Notes: generated by a model not told the origin, from the sequence alone. A stretch of 64,000 nucleotides of DNA from the human T2T-CHM13v2.0 reference genome, Homo sapiens (GCF_009914755.1 NC_060933.1); one strand, 5' to 3'; shown: positions 1-16,241, counted from the first letter of the stretch. Numbers and translations: made by a program.

Positions 1-593
1 GAGGTTTCTGCTGCCTTTTGTTCAGCTATGCCCTGTCCCCAGAGGTGGAGTCTACAGAGGCAGGCAGGCCTCCTTGAGCTGTGGTGGGCTCCACCCAGTT
101 CGAGCTTCCAGGCCACTTTGTTTACCTACTCAAGCCTCAGCAATGGCAGGTGCCCCTTCCCCAGCCTCACTGCCGCCTTGCAGTTCAATCTCAGACTGCT
201 GTGCTAGCAATAAGTGAGGCTCCGTGGGCATGGGACCCTCCGAGCCAGGCACGGGATATAATCTCCTGGTGTACTGTTTGCTAAGACCATTGGAAAAGTG
301 CAGTATTAGGGTGGGAGTGACCCAATTTTCCAGGTGCCTTCTGTCACTGCTTCCCTTGGCTAGGAAAGGGAATTCCCTGACCCCTTGTGCTTCCCAGGTG
401 AGGCGACGCCTTGCCCTGCTTCAGCTCATGCTCAGTGGGCTGCACCCACTGTCCTGCCCCCACTATCTGACAAGCCCCAGTGAGATGAAGCCAGTACCTC
501 AGTTGGAAATGCAGAAATCACCCATCTTCTCCATCACTTATGCTGGGAGCTTAGACTGGAGCTGTTCCTATTCGGCCATCTTGGAACCGCCCC
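1..593 (-). mobile_element. LINE-1 (L1PA-type) 5' UTR including the element's 5' end; the body lies left of the window
   Basis: Reverse complement at 593 reads GGGGCGGTTCCAAGATGGCCGAATAGGAACAGCTCC, the L1PA 5' terminus, with the YY1 motif (GGCCATCTTG at 574-583); the rest matches L1PA 5' UTR antisense sequence. Confidence 0.92.
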
Positions 594-3480
<2,887 letters not shown>

Positions 3481-4262
3481 CATAGTTTTAACTGAAGACA
3501 CTAATTGTCTTCCTGACCAAGCCAAGAATTGTTTCAAAATTTCTTTTCCATCTTTTGAAGGGTGATTTCACAATTAATCATTAAAATGTGTCTTAAATAT
3601 CTATCTTTAGTCTTGATGCTTAATTTAAGAACCTATTTTTGTTTCTCTTTTATCATTTAATTCCATGAAGAAACAGGTAAAAGTTAAACAAAAGACTAGA
3701 TAATACTATACACTTTCCCTTCTCAGTCATTTCTTGGATGAGACAAATCAAAGTTAGGCAAGTAGTCTAGGAAATTAATAGTACAATGTTATCTGTGCCT
3801 CCAAATTAAGCCCTTTTTATCTCCAAACTGGATTCTGGCAGGCCATAGTCAAGGGCCTATTTATTTCTTTTTCCCTGAATTTTTTGTTCAGATGCTGTAA
3901 TTTAAAAGACTCATGTTCTTACAGATTCAAGAATAGCCAAGTATTTTACTTGAAAATATCTGTCAGGCCAACATTTTATTTGGGAGCAGGAGTGAAAACT
4001 TCTGATCATGATTCTGTGACATGTAGATATCATGTAGTATAATTTAATTGTATCTTTCTGAGATTTTGTACTTACAAGTTTCATAGAAATCCATTTACAA
4101 ATGAAAGGTTTTAAATTTGGAAACTTTTATTGGTTACCACTTTGAGACAATTAAACAAACTAAAGAACCATGGAAACATGAAGTCTACACACTAAACTAG
4201 TCAGTGGCCTACTAACTAAAAATGAAATTAAATTTTCTGGCAGCAGCAAATGGATTAAAATG

Positions 4263-5312
4263 AAAAAAGAAAAGCCTGGAACCTGATGATAGCTTTACTG
4301 CTGAATATTGCCAGACATTTAAAGAAGAACTAATACCAATCCTACTCAAACTATTCCAAAAAATTGAAGAGGAGGGAATACTTCCAAACACATTCTACAA
4401 GGCCAGTATTACCTTTATGCCAAAGCCAGACAAACACACAACAGAAAAAGAAAACTACAGGCCAATATCTCTGATTAATGTTGATGCAAAAATCCTCAAC
4501 AAAATACTAGTAAATCAAATTCAACAACGAATTTAAAAAATCATTTAATATGACCAAATGAAATTTATTCCAGGAATGTAAGGATGGTTCACCATATGCA
4601 AATCAATCAGTGTGATACAACATATCAACAGAATGATACATCATATCAACAAAAACCATATGATAATTTCAAATAATTCTGAAAAAAATTCAATAAAAAT
4701 CTACACCCTTCATGATAAAAAAAACTCCAAAAAAGATTGGTAAGGAAGGAATGTATGTAAACATAATAAAGCCATATACAACAGTCTTACAGCTAGTAAC
4801 ATTCTGAATGGGAAAAAACTGAAAGCTTTTCCTCTAAGATCTAGAAGAACATAAGGATGCCCACTTTCACTTCTATTATTCATCATAGCACTGGAAGTCC
4901 TAGACAGAACAATTAGACAAGAGAAAGAAATAAATGGCATCCAGATTGGGACAGGAAAAGTCAAATTATTCTTGTTCACAGATGATATAATCTTATAATT
5001 TAGAAAAACCTAAGGACTCCACCAAAAAATTATTAGAGCTGATTGACAAATTCAGCAAAGTTGCAGGATACAAAATCAGTATACAAAAAACAGTAGCATT
5101 TCTATATGCCAACAGCAAACAATCTGAAAAAGAAATCAAGAATGTAACCCAATTTATAATTGCTACAAATAAAATACATAGAAATAAACTTAACCAAAGA
5201 AGTAAAAGATCTCTATAATAAAAACTGTAAAATACTGATGAAGGAAATTGAGGAGTACACAAAGAAATGGAAAGATATTTTATGTTTATGGGTTGGAAGA
5301 ATCAATATTGTT
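4263..5312 (+). mobile_element. L1 ORF2 reverse-transcriptase region fragment (degenerate)
   Basis: aaagaagaactaataccaatcctactcaaactattcc, gaaaactacaggccaatatc and ttgttcacagatgatataatc (LFTDDII, the FADD-type RT motif); multiple stops. Confidence 0.9.
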
Positions 5313-5403
5313 ACATCCATACTGCCCATATGGTAAGACTGTTGTATATGGCTTTATTATTATGTTGTCTATGTTTCCATTATATCTTTTAATTAAGATT
5401 TTA

Positions 5404-5681
5404 GGCCCGGCGTGGTGGCTCACGCCTGTAATCCCAGCACTTTGGGAGGCTGAGGCAGGCAGATCATGAGGTCAGGAGTTTGAGACCAGCCTGGCCAACA
5501 TGGTGAAACCCTGTCTCTACTAAAAATACAAAAATTAGCAGGGCGTGCTGGCGAGCACCTGTAATCCCAGCTACTCGGGAGGCTGAGGCAGGGAGAATCA
5601 CTTCAACCCGGGAGGCAGAGGTTGCAGTGAGCCTTGATTGCACCACTGCACTGCAGCCTGGGGTACACAGCGAGACTCTGT
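5404..5681 (+). mobile_element. AluS element lacking its poly-A tail
   Basis: Alu dimer from ggcccggcgtggtggctcacg to cgagactctgt, followed directly by non-Alu sequence. Confidence 0.93.
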
Positions 5682-6195
5682 TGCTTGACCGATAAAGGTA
5701 CACGCTACAAACACATGGAGAAAAACGTGCAGAGCTATTCGTGCAAGAAATTAGTGGCCATTTAAATTCCTCACTTACCAACAAAATAATAGATTCCTTC
5801 ATCCTAAAGAGTGCAAGTGTATTTTAGGTCCATGCCATAAATATTTAAAACTATCTCATCTTACTGAAAATTTATATAACACATGACCTTTGCAAAATTG
5901 CAACCTTTATTCTTCAAGCAAAACTTGGTTTCTGCTGGTCACCACAATGTGCTTCTTTTGGACACCATGTATAACTGAGATTGAATTGTAACTGTTAGCA
6001 GTGGAGAAAGCCTGCGGCAAATCAACTCAATTGAATTTTGTGTTCACAGATGCTTTGAGTTTTACGGAGTCTTATATTCCATTTTCAAGTGCATCATTCA
6101 GGACACAGGCCCATTTTCCATATCCCAGATCACCCAACCAGTCCAGGGCTATTTCAGAAACTTTCCTGAGCATATAATATAGACCAACGCTAGGT

Positions 6196-6875
6196 TGTAA
6201 ACTAAGTATAAAATTCTAAGCCCCCCCAACCAACTGAACAGAAACTTCTTGGCCAAGAGGACCCCAGAGAAAACTGAAAAGCTGTTTCTGGCCCTGAAAG
6301 AAAGGGAGGTCAGACACACCTCATCATACCTCCTCTGTTTTGGAGTTTGGACTCAACAAGTAACCAGCAGCGGTGTTAAAATAGAGATCCTAAGACTGAC
6401 AGAACAGACCCCGTGTGGCCATAAGATAACAAATTATGAACAAGCCCTAAGGCCATGCAAGGCAGGTGTAAGTCAGGCCTGCAGGCCATCAGGCTTGCTA
6501 ACCAGGGCATTTTATTGTGGCTGACTCTGACAGAGCATTCTTACCTTCCTTTCTGTCAACTCTAAGCTGTAGACAGGGCCTTACTCCTTTAACCAATCAC
6601 AAACCAGAGAATGCCCAAGTCCACCTACAACCTATAAGACCTCTCCTGAAGATAATCCCCCTTTTTGAACCGAACCAGTGTATACCTTCCATGTGTTGAT
6701 GTCTTTGCCTGTAACTCCTGCCTCCCTGAAATGTATAAAACCAAACCAACCCGGCCACCTCGGAACCACTTACTCAAGCCTTCTTGGTTGCGTGTTTTCT
6801 CCAGGCCTCAGTCACTCATATTGGTTCAGAATAAACCTCTTTAAAATATATTACAGTTTGTTTTATCCATTAACA
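6196..6875 (+). mobile_element. ERV1 solo LTR, MER4 family
   Basis: TG...CA ends; starts tgtaaactaagtataaaattctaagcccccc; has tataaaa and aataaa; flanked by aggt/aagt near-TSD. Confidence 0.8.
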
Positions 6876-7263
6876 AAGTCAAGCAATTAGTTCTTAGATC
6901 TGAAAATATAACTATTACTGCACTAAAATAGATTAATGAAAGAGGATATACTAGATACAGGAATATGAATAGCACAAAATGTGGCACATTTGTGGAACAC
7001 AGAAAAGGGATTCTACGAGTTAGCCAGTTAAAATAACTAAGGCCATGGCCATTTCACATCCCAGGTCCAGAATTTGAAAGATCAAAGTATCTCCATAAAA
7101 AAATATATATTTTCCCCTTCATGCTTGAAAATGCAATAGGCAATGTTATAGTAAAGTCAGGAAACATGAGTCTGTCTTATTTCGTTTCGGACCCTGAGTT
7201 GGCTGTTTCACATCTTTCCACAAATTCACAGGCGTGACTTTAACTATCACTCATACCCTGTAC

Positions 7264-7555
7264 TTTTTTTTTTTTTTGAGACGGAGTCTTGCTTTGTTGC
7301 CAGGCTGGAGTGCAGTGGCGATCTTGACTCACTGCAACCTCCAACTTCCCAGATTCCAGCGATTCTCCTGCCTCAGTCTCGCAAGTAGCTGGGATTACAG
7401 GTGCATGCCACCATGCCCAGCTAATTTTTGTATTTTTAATAGAGACAGGCTTTCAGCGTACTGGCCAGGATGGTCTCGATCTCCTGACCTCTTGATCTGC
7501 CCACCTCAGCCTCCCAAAGTGCTGGAAATAAAGGAATGAGCCACTGCAACTGGCC
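7264..7555 (-). mobile_element. Alu (AluS-type)
   Basis: Poly-T plus antisense Alu dimer. Confidence 0.93.
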
Positions 7556-8149
7556 GCCCTATTTACTTTTAAATATATATTTCCAGTCCAGACTTTTCTT
7601 CCACGCCCATACTTGAATATTCATGCATCTTCTGAATTGTTTCCACTTGGATTTTTCTCAGACACCTAAAATTCAGCCTGTCATCAATTCTATCCATCAT
7701 TCTTCCAAATCCTCTTCCTGCCCCTGAGCTCCGCCTCCAAATGCCTAGCAGCATCATTCCCTCCTGACACTTCCTTCTTACCACCCCCCACCTATGCCCT
7801 CCTGCCACAATTAAGCCTCCTACACCAGATGAGCTCTTTTCCTTTAGTGACACCACTGGCTTCCAGGGTCTGGTCAGCTGTCCGGCAGGATGCAGCATAA
7901 CCCGGACTGGCCCAGCATGAAATTCGGGTGTGGTGTTTTGTGCAGCAACACTCACAGGAGACGCTGTCCTCTGCCCGTCACAGCAGGGGACATGTCAGCT
8001 GTCCCTCCCAGGTGATGCTACATCCAGTCATGGGGGAAGGACTGTCGCCAGCTGCTCCTGCGTAAGTCCCCCTCCCCTTTGTAACTGGTGGTCCTAGGAG
8101 CGTGAATATCCTGTTCCCCAACAGCCCTTAACTCAATGGCTTTGGCACC

Positions 8150-8582
8150 CGAGTTAGTTGCCTGTGGCTGCTGTAACAGATTACCACAAACAACACAGGT
8201 GTGTTCTCTCCCATCTCTGTAGACCGGAAGTCTAAAATGGGTCACACCGGGCCGAGATCGGTGTCGGCAGGGCTGCATTCCTTCTACCAGTGTTCCTGGG
8301 TACATGTGTGGCCCTTTCCTCCGTTTCCAAACCCCATCCCTCCAAGCTCCGCGTCCATCACTGCATCCCCTCCTCAGGCTCTGACCCTCCTGCCTCCCTC
8401 TTAAAAGGACCCTGAAGATCACCAGGGCCCACCTGGATAATCCAGGGTGGCCTCCCCATCTCCAGGTCCCTCACTTAGCCACATTTGCAAAGCCCCTCTT
8501 GCCATACAAGGGGACCTGTGATTACAGGTTCTGGGGCTTAGGATAGGCACTTGCCTTGGGGATGCTATTCAGCCGACTTCAA
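8150..8582 (-). mobile_element. MaLR LTR (MLT1-type)
   Basis: ggctgctgtaacagattaccacaaa ... gggcccacctggataatccaggg ... acaggttctggggcttagga, characteristic antisense MLT1 segments. Confidence 0.75.
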
Positions 8583-8589
8583 CATCCGC

Positions 8590-11500
8590 TGCTGATCTTC
8601 ACCTGAATGGGTTCATTCCAGGGGGAGTGCACAAATGGGGACTTTCAAACCCATCGCCTCTTCCACGTTGGCTGGATTGTTCTAGGAGGAAGTGCTCCCT
8701 CCTTCTAGGGCCGCCATGGACTATACTGTTCATCCAATGCTCTTCATCCTGTCTCAAATTTGGCCACCAGAGCCCCTTCCACCTGGCCTTTTTGGCCTGT
8801 TGAGGCATCCCCGTCTGTCCTCAAGTGCATCCGCCCTCCTGGCGCGACGCGATCCATACTCTGGCTCATCCTGTGCCCACCTCCACCCAGATCTGGACTT
8901 AGGCCCCATTGTGCCACACAGCTTCGGAAACCACCCGTGTGCCTGTGTGCTTGGGTAGCACCAGTGTTAGCTCCTTTCAGTGGTTAGAGACAGAAAATGG
9001 ATTTTTTTTGAATTATGAGTTATTGCTGCCGCTTCCGGTCCAAGCACAAGCCCCCAGGAACCCTCTTTGTTTCCCGTTCCACATCCCTATCTCCCGCCTC
9101 CCAGCGAGAGAAAGAGTCCTGGTTCCGAGGAGGACCACCAAGCTGCTGGGGGTGACCAGCCCTTAATCCACAGACAGTGGTTTCAGACGACCACAGCAGC
9201 GCTGCTGCTGCGACAAAACCAGCCTGCGACGCGGAGCTGCGGGTCCCCACAGCCAGAGGCCCCTTCGAAAGCCACTTCCATTCTTGTTTCCATCTGGTGT
9301 TGCTGTCAATTGTTTTAGGTTCATTGATTTCTGTTTGAATTCAATGTTCAATTTTTTTGTGCTTGTCAATTTAATTCTATTTCTGAACGTGTAAACATTT
9401 ACGTGTTTCAAAAGTCAACACATATGTAAAGGATTCTCTGACTTCTCACTCCACCCAGTCCTCCCACCTGGTGGTTATTTATGTGTGTGTGTAGTTTCTG
9501 TATGTAGTTTACATGTGTGTGTAGCTCGTGTGTATGGTTTATATTGTGTGTACAGTTTGTGTGTGTGGTTTATGTGCATGTGTATACTTTGCATATATAG
9601 TTTATATGTGTGTAGTCTGTGTGTTTAGTTTATGTGTGTATAGTTTGCATGTGTAGTTTATATGTGTGTAGTTTATGTGTGTATATTTTGTGTGTGTGGT
9701 TTATATGTGTGTGTGTAGTTTGTGTGTGTATGATTTATATGAATGGGTAGTTTGTGTGTGAAGTTTATGTGTGTATAGTTTGTGTGTGTGGTTTATATGG
9801 GTGTGTATAGTTTGCATAGTTTGTATGTGTGTGTATAGTTTCTGTGTGCAGTTTATGTGTGTGTAGTTTGTGTGTGTGTTTTATATGTGTGTGTAGTTTG
9901 TGTGTGTATCATTTATATGAATGTGTAGTTTCTGAAGTTTATGTACGTGTAGTTTGTGTGTGTGGTTTATATGTGTGTGTAGAGTTTGTGTGTGTAGTTT
10001 GTGTGTGTGGTTTATATGTGTGTGTAGAGTTTGTGTGTGTAGTTTGTGTGTGATTTATGTGTGTGTAGTTTGTGTGTGTGGTTTATATGTGTGTGTAGAG
10101 TTTGTGTGTGTAGTTTGTGTGTGATTTATGTGTGTGTAGTTTATGTATGTGTAGTTTGTGTGTGTGGTTTATATGTGTGTGTATAGTTTCTGTGTGTAGT
10201 TTATGTATGTGTAGTTTGTGTGTGTGGTTTAAATGTGTATCATTTCTGTGTGTAGTTTACATGTGTGTACTTTGTGTGTGGGGTTTATATGTGTGTGTAT
10301 AGTTTGCATGTGTAGTTTATGTGTGTGTACTTTGTGTGTGTGATTTATATGTGTGTGTATAGTTTGTGTGTGCAGTTTACATGTGTGTACTTTGTGTGTG
10401 TGGTTTATATGTGTGTATAGTTTGTGTGTGTAGTTTATGAAAGTGTACTTTGTGTGTGTGGTTTATATGTGCGTGTAGTTTGTGTGTGTAGTTTATGTGT
10501 TTGTGTATAGTTTGTGTATGTGGTTTATATGTGTGTGTGTGGTTCGTGTGTACTTTGTGTGTGTGGTTTATTTGTGTGTGTATAGTTTGTGTGTGCAGTT
10601 TACATGTGTATACTTTGTGTGTGATTTATATGTGTGCGTATAGTTTGTGTGTGCAGTTTACATGTGTGTACTTTGTGTGGTTTATATGTGTGTATAGTTT
10701 GTGTGTGTAGTTTATGAATGTGTACTTTGCGTGGTTTATATGTGCATGTAGTTTGTGTGCGTAGTTTATGTGTTTGTGTATAGTTTGTGTATGTGGTTTG
10801 TATGTGTGTGTGGTTTGTGTGTAGTTTATGTGTGTGCACTTTGTGTGTGTATAGTTTGTGTGTGCAGTTTACATGTGTGTACTTTGCGTGTGTGGTTTAT
10901 ATGTGTATGTAGTTTGTGTGTGTAGTTTATGTGTTTGTGTATAGTTTGTGTATGTGGTTTATATGTGTGTGTGTAGTTTGTGTATAGTTTATGTGTGTGT
11001 ACTTTGTGTGTGTGGTTTATATGTATGTGTATGGTTTGTGTGTGTACTTTGTGTGTGTGGTTTATATGTATGTGTATGGTTTGTGTGTGTACTTTGTGTG
11101 TGTGGTTTATATGTGTGTGTGGTTTGTGTGTATAGTTTGGGTGTACTTTGTGTGTGTTTTTATATGTGTGAACAGTTTGTGTGTGTAGTTTATGTGTGTG
11201 TGTTTTGTGTGGTTTATGTGTGTGTGTGGTTTATGTGTGTAGTTTGTGTGTGAATAGTTTGTGTATCATTTATATGTATGTGTAGTTTGTGTGTGAAGTT
11301 TATGTGTGTGTAGTTTGTGTGTGTGGTTTATGTATGTGTGTAGTTCACAGGTGTAGGTGTAGTATGTGCCGTGTGTGTGCATGTGGGTGATTTGTGTGTG
11401 TATAGTGTGTAGTTTATATGTGCATGTATAGTGCATGTATGATTTGTGTGTATAGGTTGTGTGTGTAGTTTATGTGTGTGTAATTTACATATGCATGTGT

Positions 11501-12640
11501 AGTGTGTCTGCCTGTGTGATTTCTGTGTGTAGTTTATATATGCCTGTGTAGTGAAAGAATGTGTGATTTTTGTGTGTATAGTTGACGTGTGTGGTGTGTG
11601 TGCGTGTATATGATTTGTGTGTGTGTGGTTTACATGTGCGTGTATGGTGTGTGCCGTGATTTGTGTGTGTGTGTATTATGTGTGTGTATGATGTGTGTGA
11701 TATGTGTGTGTGTGGTGTGTGTGATTTGTGTGTGTGGTCCCCATGTGCATGTGTGGTGTGTCTGATGTGTGTGGTTTGTGTGTGCGGTTTAAGTGTGTGT
11801 GTAGTGTGTGATTTGTATGTGGTTTACATGTGCGTGTATGGTGCATGTGGTGTGTGATTGTGTGTGGTTTACATGTGCATGTGTGGTGTATCTGATGTGT
11901 GTGATTTGTGTGTGTGGTTCACGTGTGTGTGGTGTGTGATTGTGTGTGTGGTTTACATGTGCGTGTGTGGTGTGTCTGATGTGTGTGATTTGTGTGTGTG
12001 GCTTACGTGTGTGTGTGGTTTGCATGTGCATGTGTGGTGTGTGTGTGTCCCCTTACACCCCCTTCTCACCCACCTGCAGACGCCCTCGGCGCTGCACCTG
12101 CCACACTGAGCAGCCTGTCTGTCCTCCCGTGCTCCGACTCCCTGAGTTCTCCCCAGTCCCCCCAGGCCCCCTAGGCTCCCCAGGTTCCCCACGGCCACAT
12201 GATGCCCCGCGCTGTGGCTGTTCCCATTTGCACAGCCCTGCCTGGTGAATGAGCACTCAGGTCGTTCCCAGTGTCTCGCTGTGACAAATGAGGCTGTGCT
12301 GCATCCCTCAAGCATGCACTGTTCCCTATTTGCAGAGGTGTCACCTCGGGGGAAATTCCTAGAAATGGAGTCGCTGGGTCAAGGGGCAAAGCCAGTGTAA
12401 TTTTGTTAGCTACTGCCACCTTCCGCTCCCTCGGGTGAAGGACAGTTTCCCTCCTAGTGTCTGAGGGAGCCAGTTTCCCACGGCCTCCTCCACCGCAGTC
12501 GCGCTTTTGAATCGCTGCCAGTCTGATGTGTGAGAAACTGCATCTCTGCATAGCTTGTATTTGCATTTCTTTACTACGAGCCTCTTTCCCTATATTTCAG
12601 AGCCATTTGTAATCTTGTTCTACACACTCTGTCCATGGAT
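8590..12640 (-). mobile_element. Ancient L1 (L1MC/L1ME-type) 3' fragments flanking the TG-rich array
   Basis: Degenerate motifs on both sides of the array, e.g. gtctcaaatttggccaccagagccccttc, aattcctagaaatggagtcgctgggtcaaggg, ttgcatttctttacta. Confidence 0.5.
9478..12047 (+). repeat. ~2.6 kb degenerate TG-rich tandem/low-complexity array
   Basis: Continuous (GT)n blocks punctuated by tagttt, ggtttatat and gattt motifs; very few C on the + strand. Confidence 0.97.
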
Positions 12641-13514
12641 TTTACCTACTTCTCTGTAGAGTTTCCAGGGTTTTCCCATTGGCTTGAGTGAGCCACGCAC
12701 ACAGGGAGCCAGAGGCAAAGGGGACGTGAGACCTGCCCACGGGAGGATCAAGGAGGCCCCACAGACGGCCTTGGGAAGCCCACCCAGCTGGGAGACAGTG
12801 GGCGCGTCGCCTTGGCTCTGGAAGCAGGGGGAAAAGCAGAAAAAGGTCACCCCAGGAAATTCCAGTCACAAGCCCACCTCAGGGGCAGTGTGGCCAGAAC
12901 TCACGCTCACTGGATGACTGGAAAAACCCCAGGCCAAAAATTTAGTTTGAGGGAGTCCTGGCAACCCAAGCTTCTGGGAGAAGCAAAGGCAAAACCTTTC
13001 CAGAGAAAGGCGTTGGAAACTTGGACCTCAGAGAATCCTCGCAGACGGGGGTCCGGGGAACGCAGCCTTGCCACCTTACAAGTTACCCACACGCAGGAGA
13101 AAATCTGCCCTTCCCAGGACAGGAGCCCCCCGCAACGGCGTCTGGGAAACGTCAGGTCCACTCTGCCAGCCACAAGGCCCCTGGAAGCAGCGTGGCCTGG
13201 GTGCAAAGCAGCCGACACCTCACCCGCGCCCCTGGGCCTCCTGAGGAAAGAAAGCCCCAGGTCCCCAGAGTGCCTGTGTGGCCCCTCATCTCCCTGCATG
13301 ACAGCCCCTTTGGCTGTGACCTGGGGGAAAGAAATTGAATTCCATCATTTGGGACTTTCACTTAAAACTCAAAGTTCTGAGCTTTGGCTTTTAAATGGTG
13401 AGGGCAAGAAAATGCATTTTCACTTTAAAGTCTAGCAACTGTAATTGGCAAGGGCGTTTGACCTACAGACTTCTTCGATCAAGTAATACAGGAATGGAAG
13501 AGCCCCCCACGTTT

Positions 13515-13850
13515 GGGCCACTGTGTGTCACAGTCTTGCTGTCACCACGGCAGTGCTGCAATGTCGTGTGACTGTGCAGTGGACACCGCTTGGGGCCGCC
13601 ATGTGTCACAGTCTTGCCGTCACCACGGCGGAGCTGCAATGCCGCGTGACTGTGCAGTGGACACCGCGTGGGGCCGCCGTGTGTCACAGTCTTGCCGTCA
13701 CCACGGCGGAGCTGCAATGCCACGTGACTGTGCAGTGGACACCGCGTGGGGCCGCCGTGTGTCACAGTCTTGCCAACGCCACGGCACAGCTGCAATGTCA
13801 CGTGACCATGCAGCTGGACACCGCATGACTGTGCAGCTGGATACCACGTG
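13515..13850 (+). repeat. 78-bp minisatellite, about 4 copies
   Basis: Units start gggcc at 13515 and 13593 and continue at the same period; ORF track shows a 26-aa repeat (HSHVALQLRRGDGKTVTHGGPTRCPL). Confidence 0.93.
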
Positions 13851-13920
13851 GACGGCGGGTGGGAGGCATGAGTTCCAGCTTTGGCACAAAGGAGCTTTGC
13901 GTCAGTTTCATTAATCCTGG

Positions 13921-14654
13921 TGTAACCGCCCAGTGTGTTCACCTCACCGGCTGCCTAGACACAGCCGATTTATCAAGACAGGGGAATTGCAAAGGAGAAG
14001 GAGTAACTCACGCAGAGCCAGCTGTGCGGGAGACCAGAGTTTTATTATTATTACTCAAAAGGGTCTCCCCGAGCATTTGGGGATCAGAGTTTTTAAAGAT
14101 AATTTGGCAGGTAGGGGCTCAGAAAGTGGGGAATACTGGTTGGTCCGTTTGGAGATGGACTCATAGGGGGTCAAAGTGAGTTTTTCTTGCTGTCTTCTGT
14201 TCCTGGGTGGGATGGCGGAACTGGTTGAGCCAGATGACTGGTCTAGGTGGTGTCAGCTGATCCATGAGTGCGGGGTCTGCAGAATATCCCCAGCACTGAT
14301 CTCAGGTTTTACAATAGTGAGGTGATCCCCAGAAGCAATTTGGGGAGGTTCAGACTCTCACAGCCGGAGGCCACAAGACCCCTAAACCATAATTTCTAAC
14401 CTTGCAGCTAATTTGTTAGTCCTACAAAGGCCGACTGGTCCTCAGGCAAGAAGGGGGTCTATTCGGGAAAGGGCTGTTACCAATTTTGTTTCAGAGTCAA
14501 ACCATGAACTGAATTACTTCCCAAAGTTAGTTCGGCCTACGCCCAGGGATGAATAAGGACAGCTTAAAGGTTAGAAGGAATGTGGAGTCGGTTAGGTCTG
14601 ATTTCTTTCACTGTCATCATTTCCTCAGTTATAATTTTTGCAAAGGCAGTTTCA
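13921..14654 (-). mobile_element. ERV1 solo LTR, LTR8
   Basis: Plus strand starts tgtaaccgcccag...gccgatttatcaagacaggggaattgca and ends ataatttttgcaaaggcagtttca (reverse complement of the LTR8 start). Confidence 0.85.
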
Positions 14655-15324
14655 TGGGGGGTAAACCCAAACGGCCCCCTGCAGTCCTGGGAGTGGCTTC
14701 ATGAAGGGGACCCCGACAGTTCTCCTCTCCCTAGGGGCGGCCCCCCAGCTCACCACAAGTGTGACCTCGAGGCCCTTGGGTAGGGCAACAAAAGGCCGGG
14801 GAAGGTGGGGGTGTCCTCCCCAACTCCCGAGCCTCCTTCCACGTGGAGAAAACTGACTTCTCCGACCCCTGCCTCTCTCCCACCATTTGTCACCCACCCC
14901 CACGCAGGGAGGGATTGGCAAATCCAGGCAGGGTCTGCAGGGCAGGCTGAGCTCACTCTCCGCTGCTACCTGCAGGGGTGGCCTGCTCTGCTGAACAGGT
15001 GGGGGCTCCCTGGAGGCTGGCCTGGGCTGCGCCTTTGGGCAGGTGGCCCCTCCACTCTGGGGTTCAGGGAAGGCCCCCTTGGCCTTCACTCTGAGCCACG
15101 TCCTCCGACCAGCCTCCATTGGGAATAGCGGGCAGCCTGGCATTACAGCCTCTGTGGGCCCCTCCTCTGGGCTAAAGTATTACGAATGATGTTTCATAAC
15201 TGCGTTGGTAGAAAGATGACTATAGCCCAGGCTGCACTGTGTTTATTCTGATTTTAGAAGGCATTAAACCACTTTCCTGATGCCTAAAAGTCTTCTGGGC
15301 CCTGGCACTAAGCCTGCTACACCC

Positions 15325-16241
15325 TGTGAAAGGAAAATCCATCTCAGGCCCCAAAATTACCAAGCCAAGGGAAGAGTCAAGCTGGGTACTGCTCAGGCAA
15401 ACCTGCCTCCCAGTCCACTCCTGAATAAGATGGCTACAGAGACTAAAAAGCCACCACCTCCCTCAAAATTTGCCCAGAAGGAAATTCCTCGTAGACAAAT
15501 GACAGACAGGACCCAAAGCCATCCCTCTGCTCCCCTGAGACAAATCCATATCTGATGGCTTCCTCTGCCCTATTGTTGATATAAAAATACAGATTCCCTG
15601 AGCCAGACTAAATTGTGTTTCAGTGGGAGGCCGATCAAGGTCTCGAAAGAATGCAACAGTTTGTCTCTTACCTACTTATGACCTGGAAGTCCCCCACCCC
15701 CGCAAGTTGTCAAGCTGCCCCGCCTTACCTGACCAAACAAACGTACATCTTACACATATTGATTGATGTCTCATGTCCCCCTAAAATGTATAAAAGAAAG
15801 CATGGTGGCTCATGCCTGTAATCCCAACACTTTGGGAGACCGAGGTGGGTGGATGACGAGGTCAGGAGCTCGAGACCAGCCTGGCCAAGATGGTGAAACC
15901 CCGTCTCTACTAAAAATACAAAAACTTAGCCATGCATGGTACCATGCGCCTATAATCCTAGGTACTGGGGAGGCTGGGGCAGAGAATTGCTTGAACCCGG
16001 GAGACGGAGGTTGCAGTGAGCCGAGATCACACCACTGCACTCCAGCCTGAGCAACAGAGTGAGACTCTATCTCAATAAAATAAAATAAAATAAAATAAAA
16101 ATAAAAGCAAACTGTACCCTGACCACCTTGGGCACATGTCGTCAAAACCTCCTGAGGCTGTGTCACAGGCCCTTACTTCACCTTGGCAAAATAAGTATTT
16201 TAAATTTATTGAGACCTGTCTCAGATACCCTTTGGTTTACA
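15325..16241 (+). mobile_element. ERV1 solo LTR, MER4A-type, interrupted by an Alu (~15800-16105)
   Basis: Starts tgtgaaaggaaaat...gtcaagctggg, ends ctcagataccctttggtttaca; accc/acct flanks; Alu with (TAAAA)n tail inside. Confidence 0.85.

Noticed and set aside
6070-6180. Short minus-strand frame MLRKVSEIALDWLGDLGYGKWACVLNDALENGI* as a possible pseudogene exon
   Set aside because: Cannot match it to a protein I know; too short to exclude chance; a tblastn/blastx search would be needed
9829-12248. Cys/Val-rich ORFs resembling metallothionein- or keratin-associated proteins
   Set aside because: Translation of TG repeats
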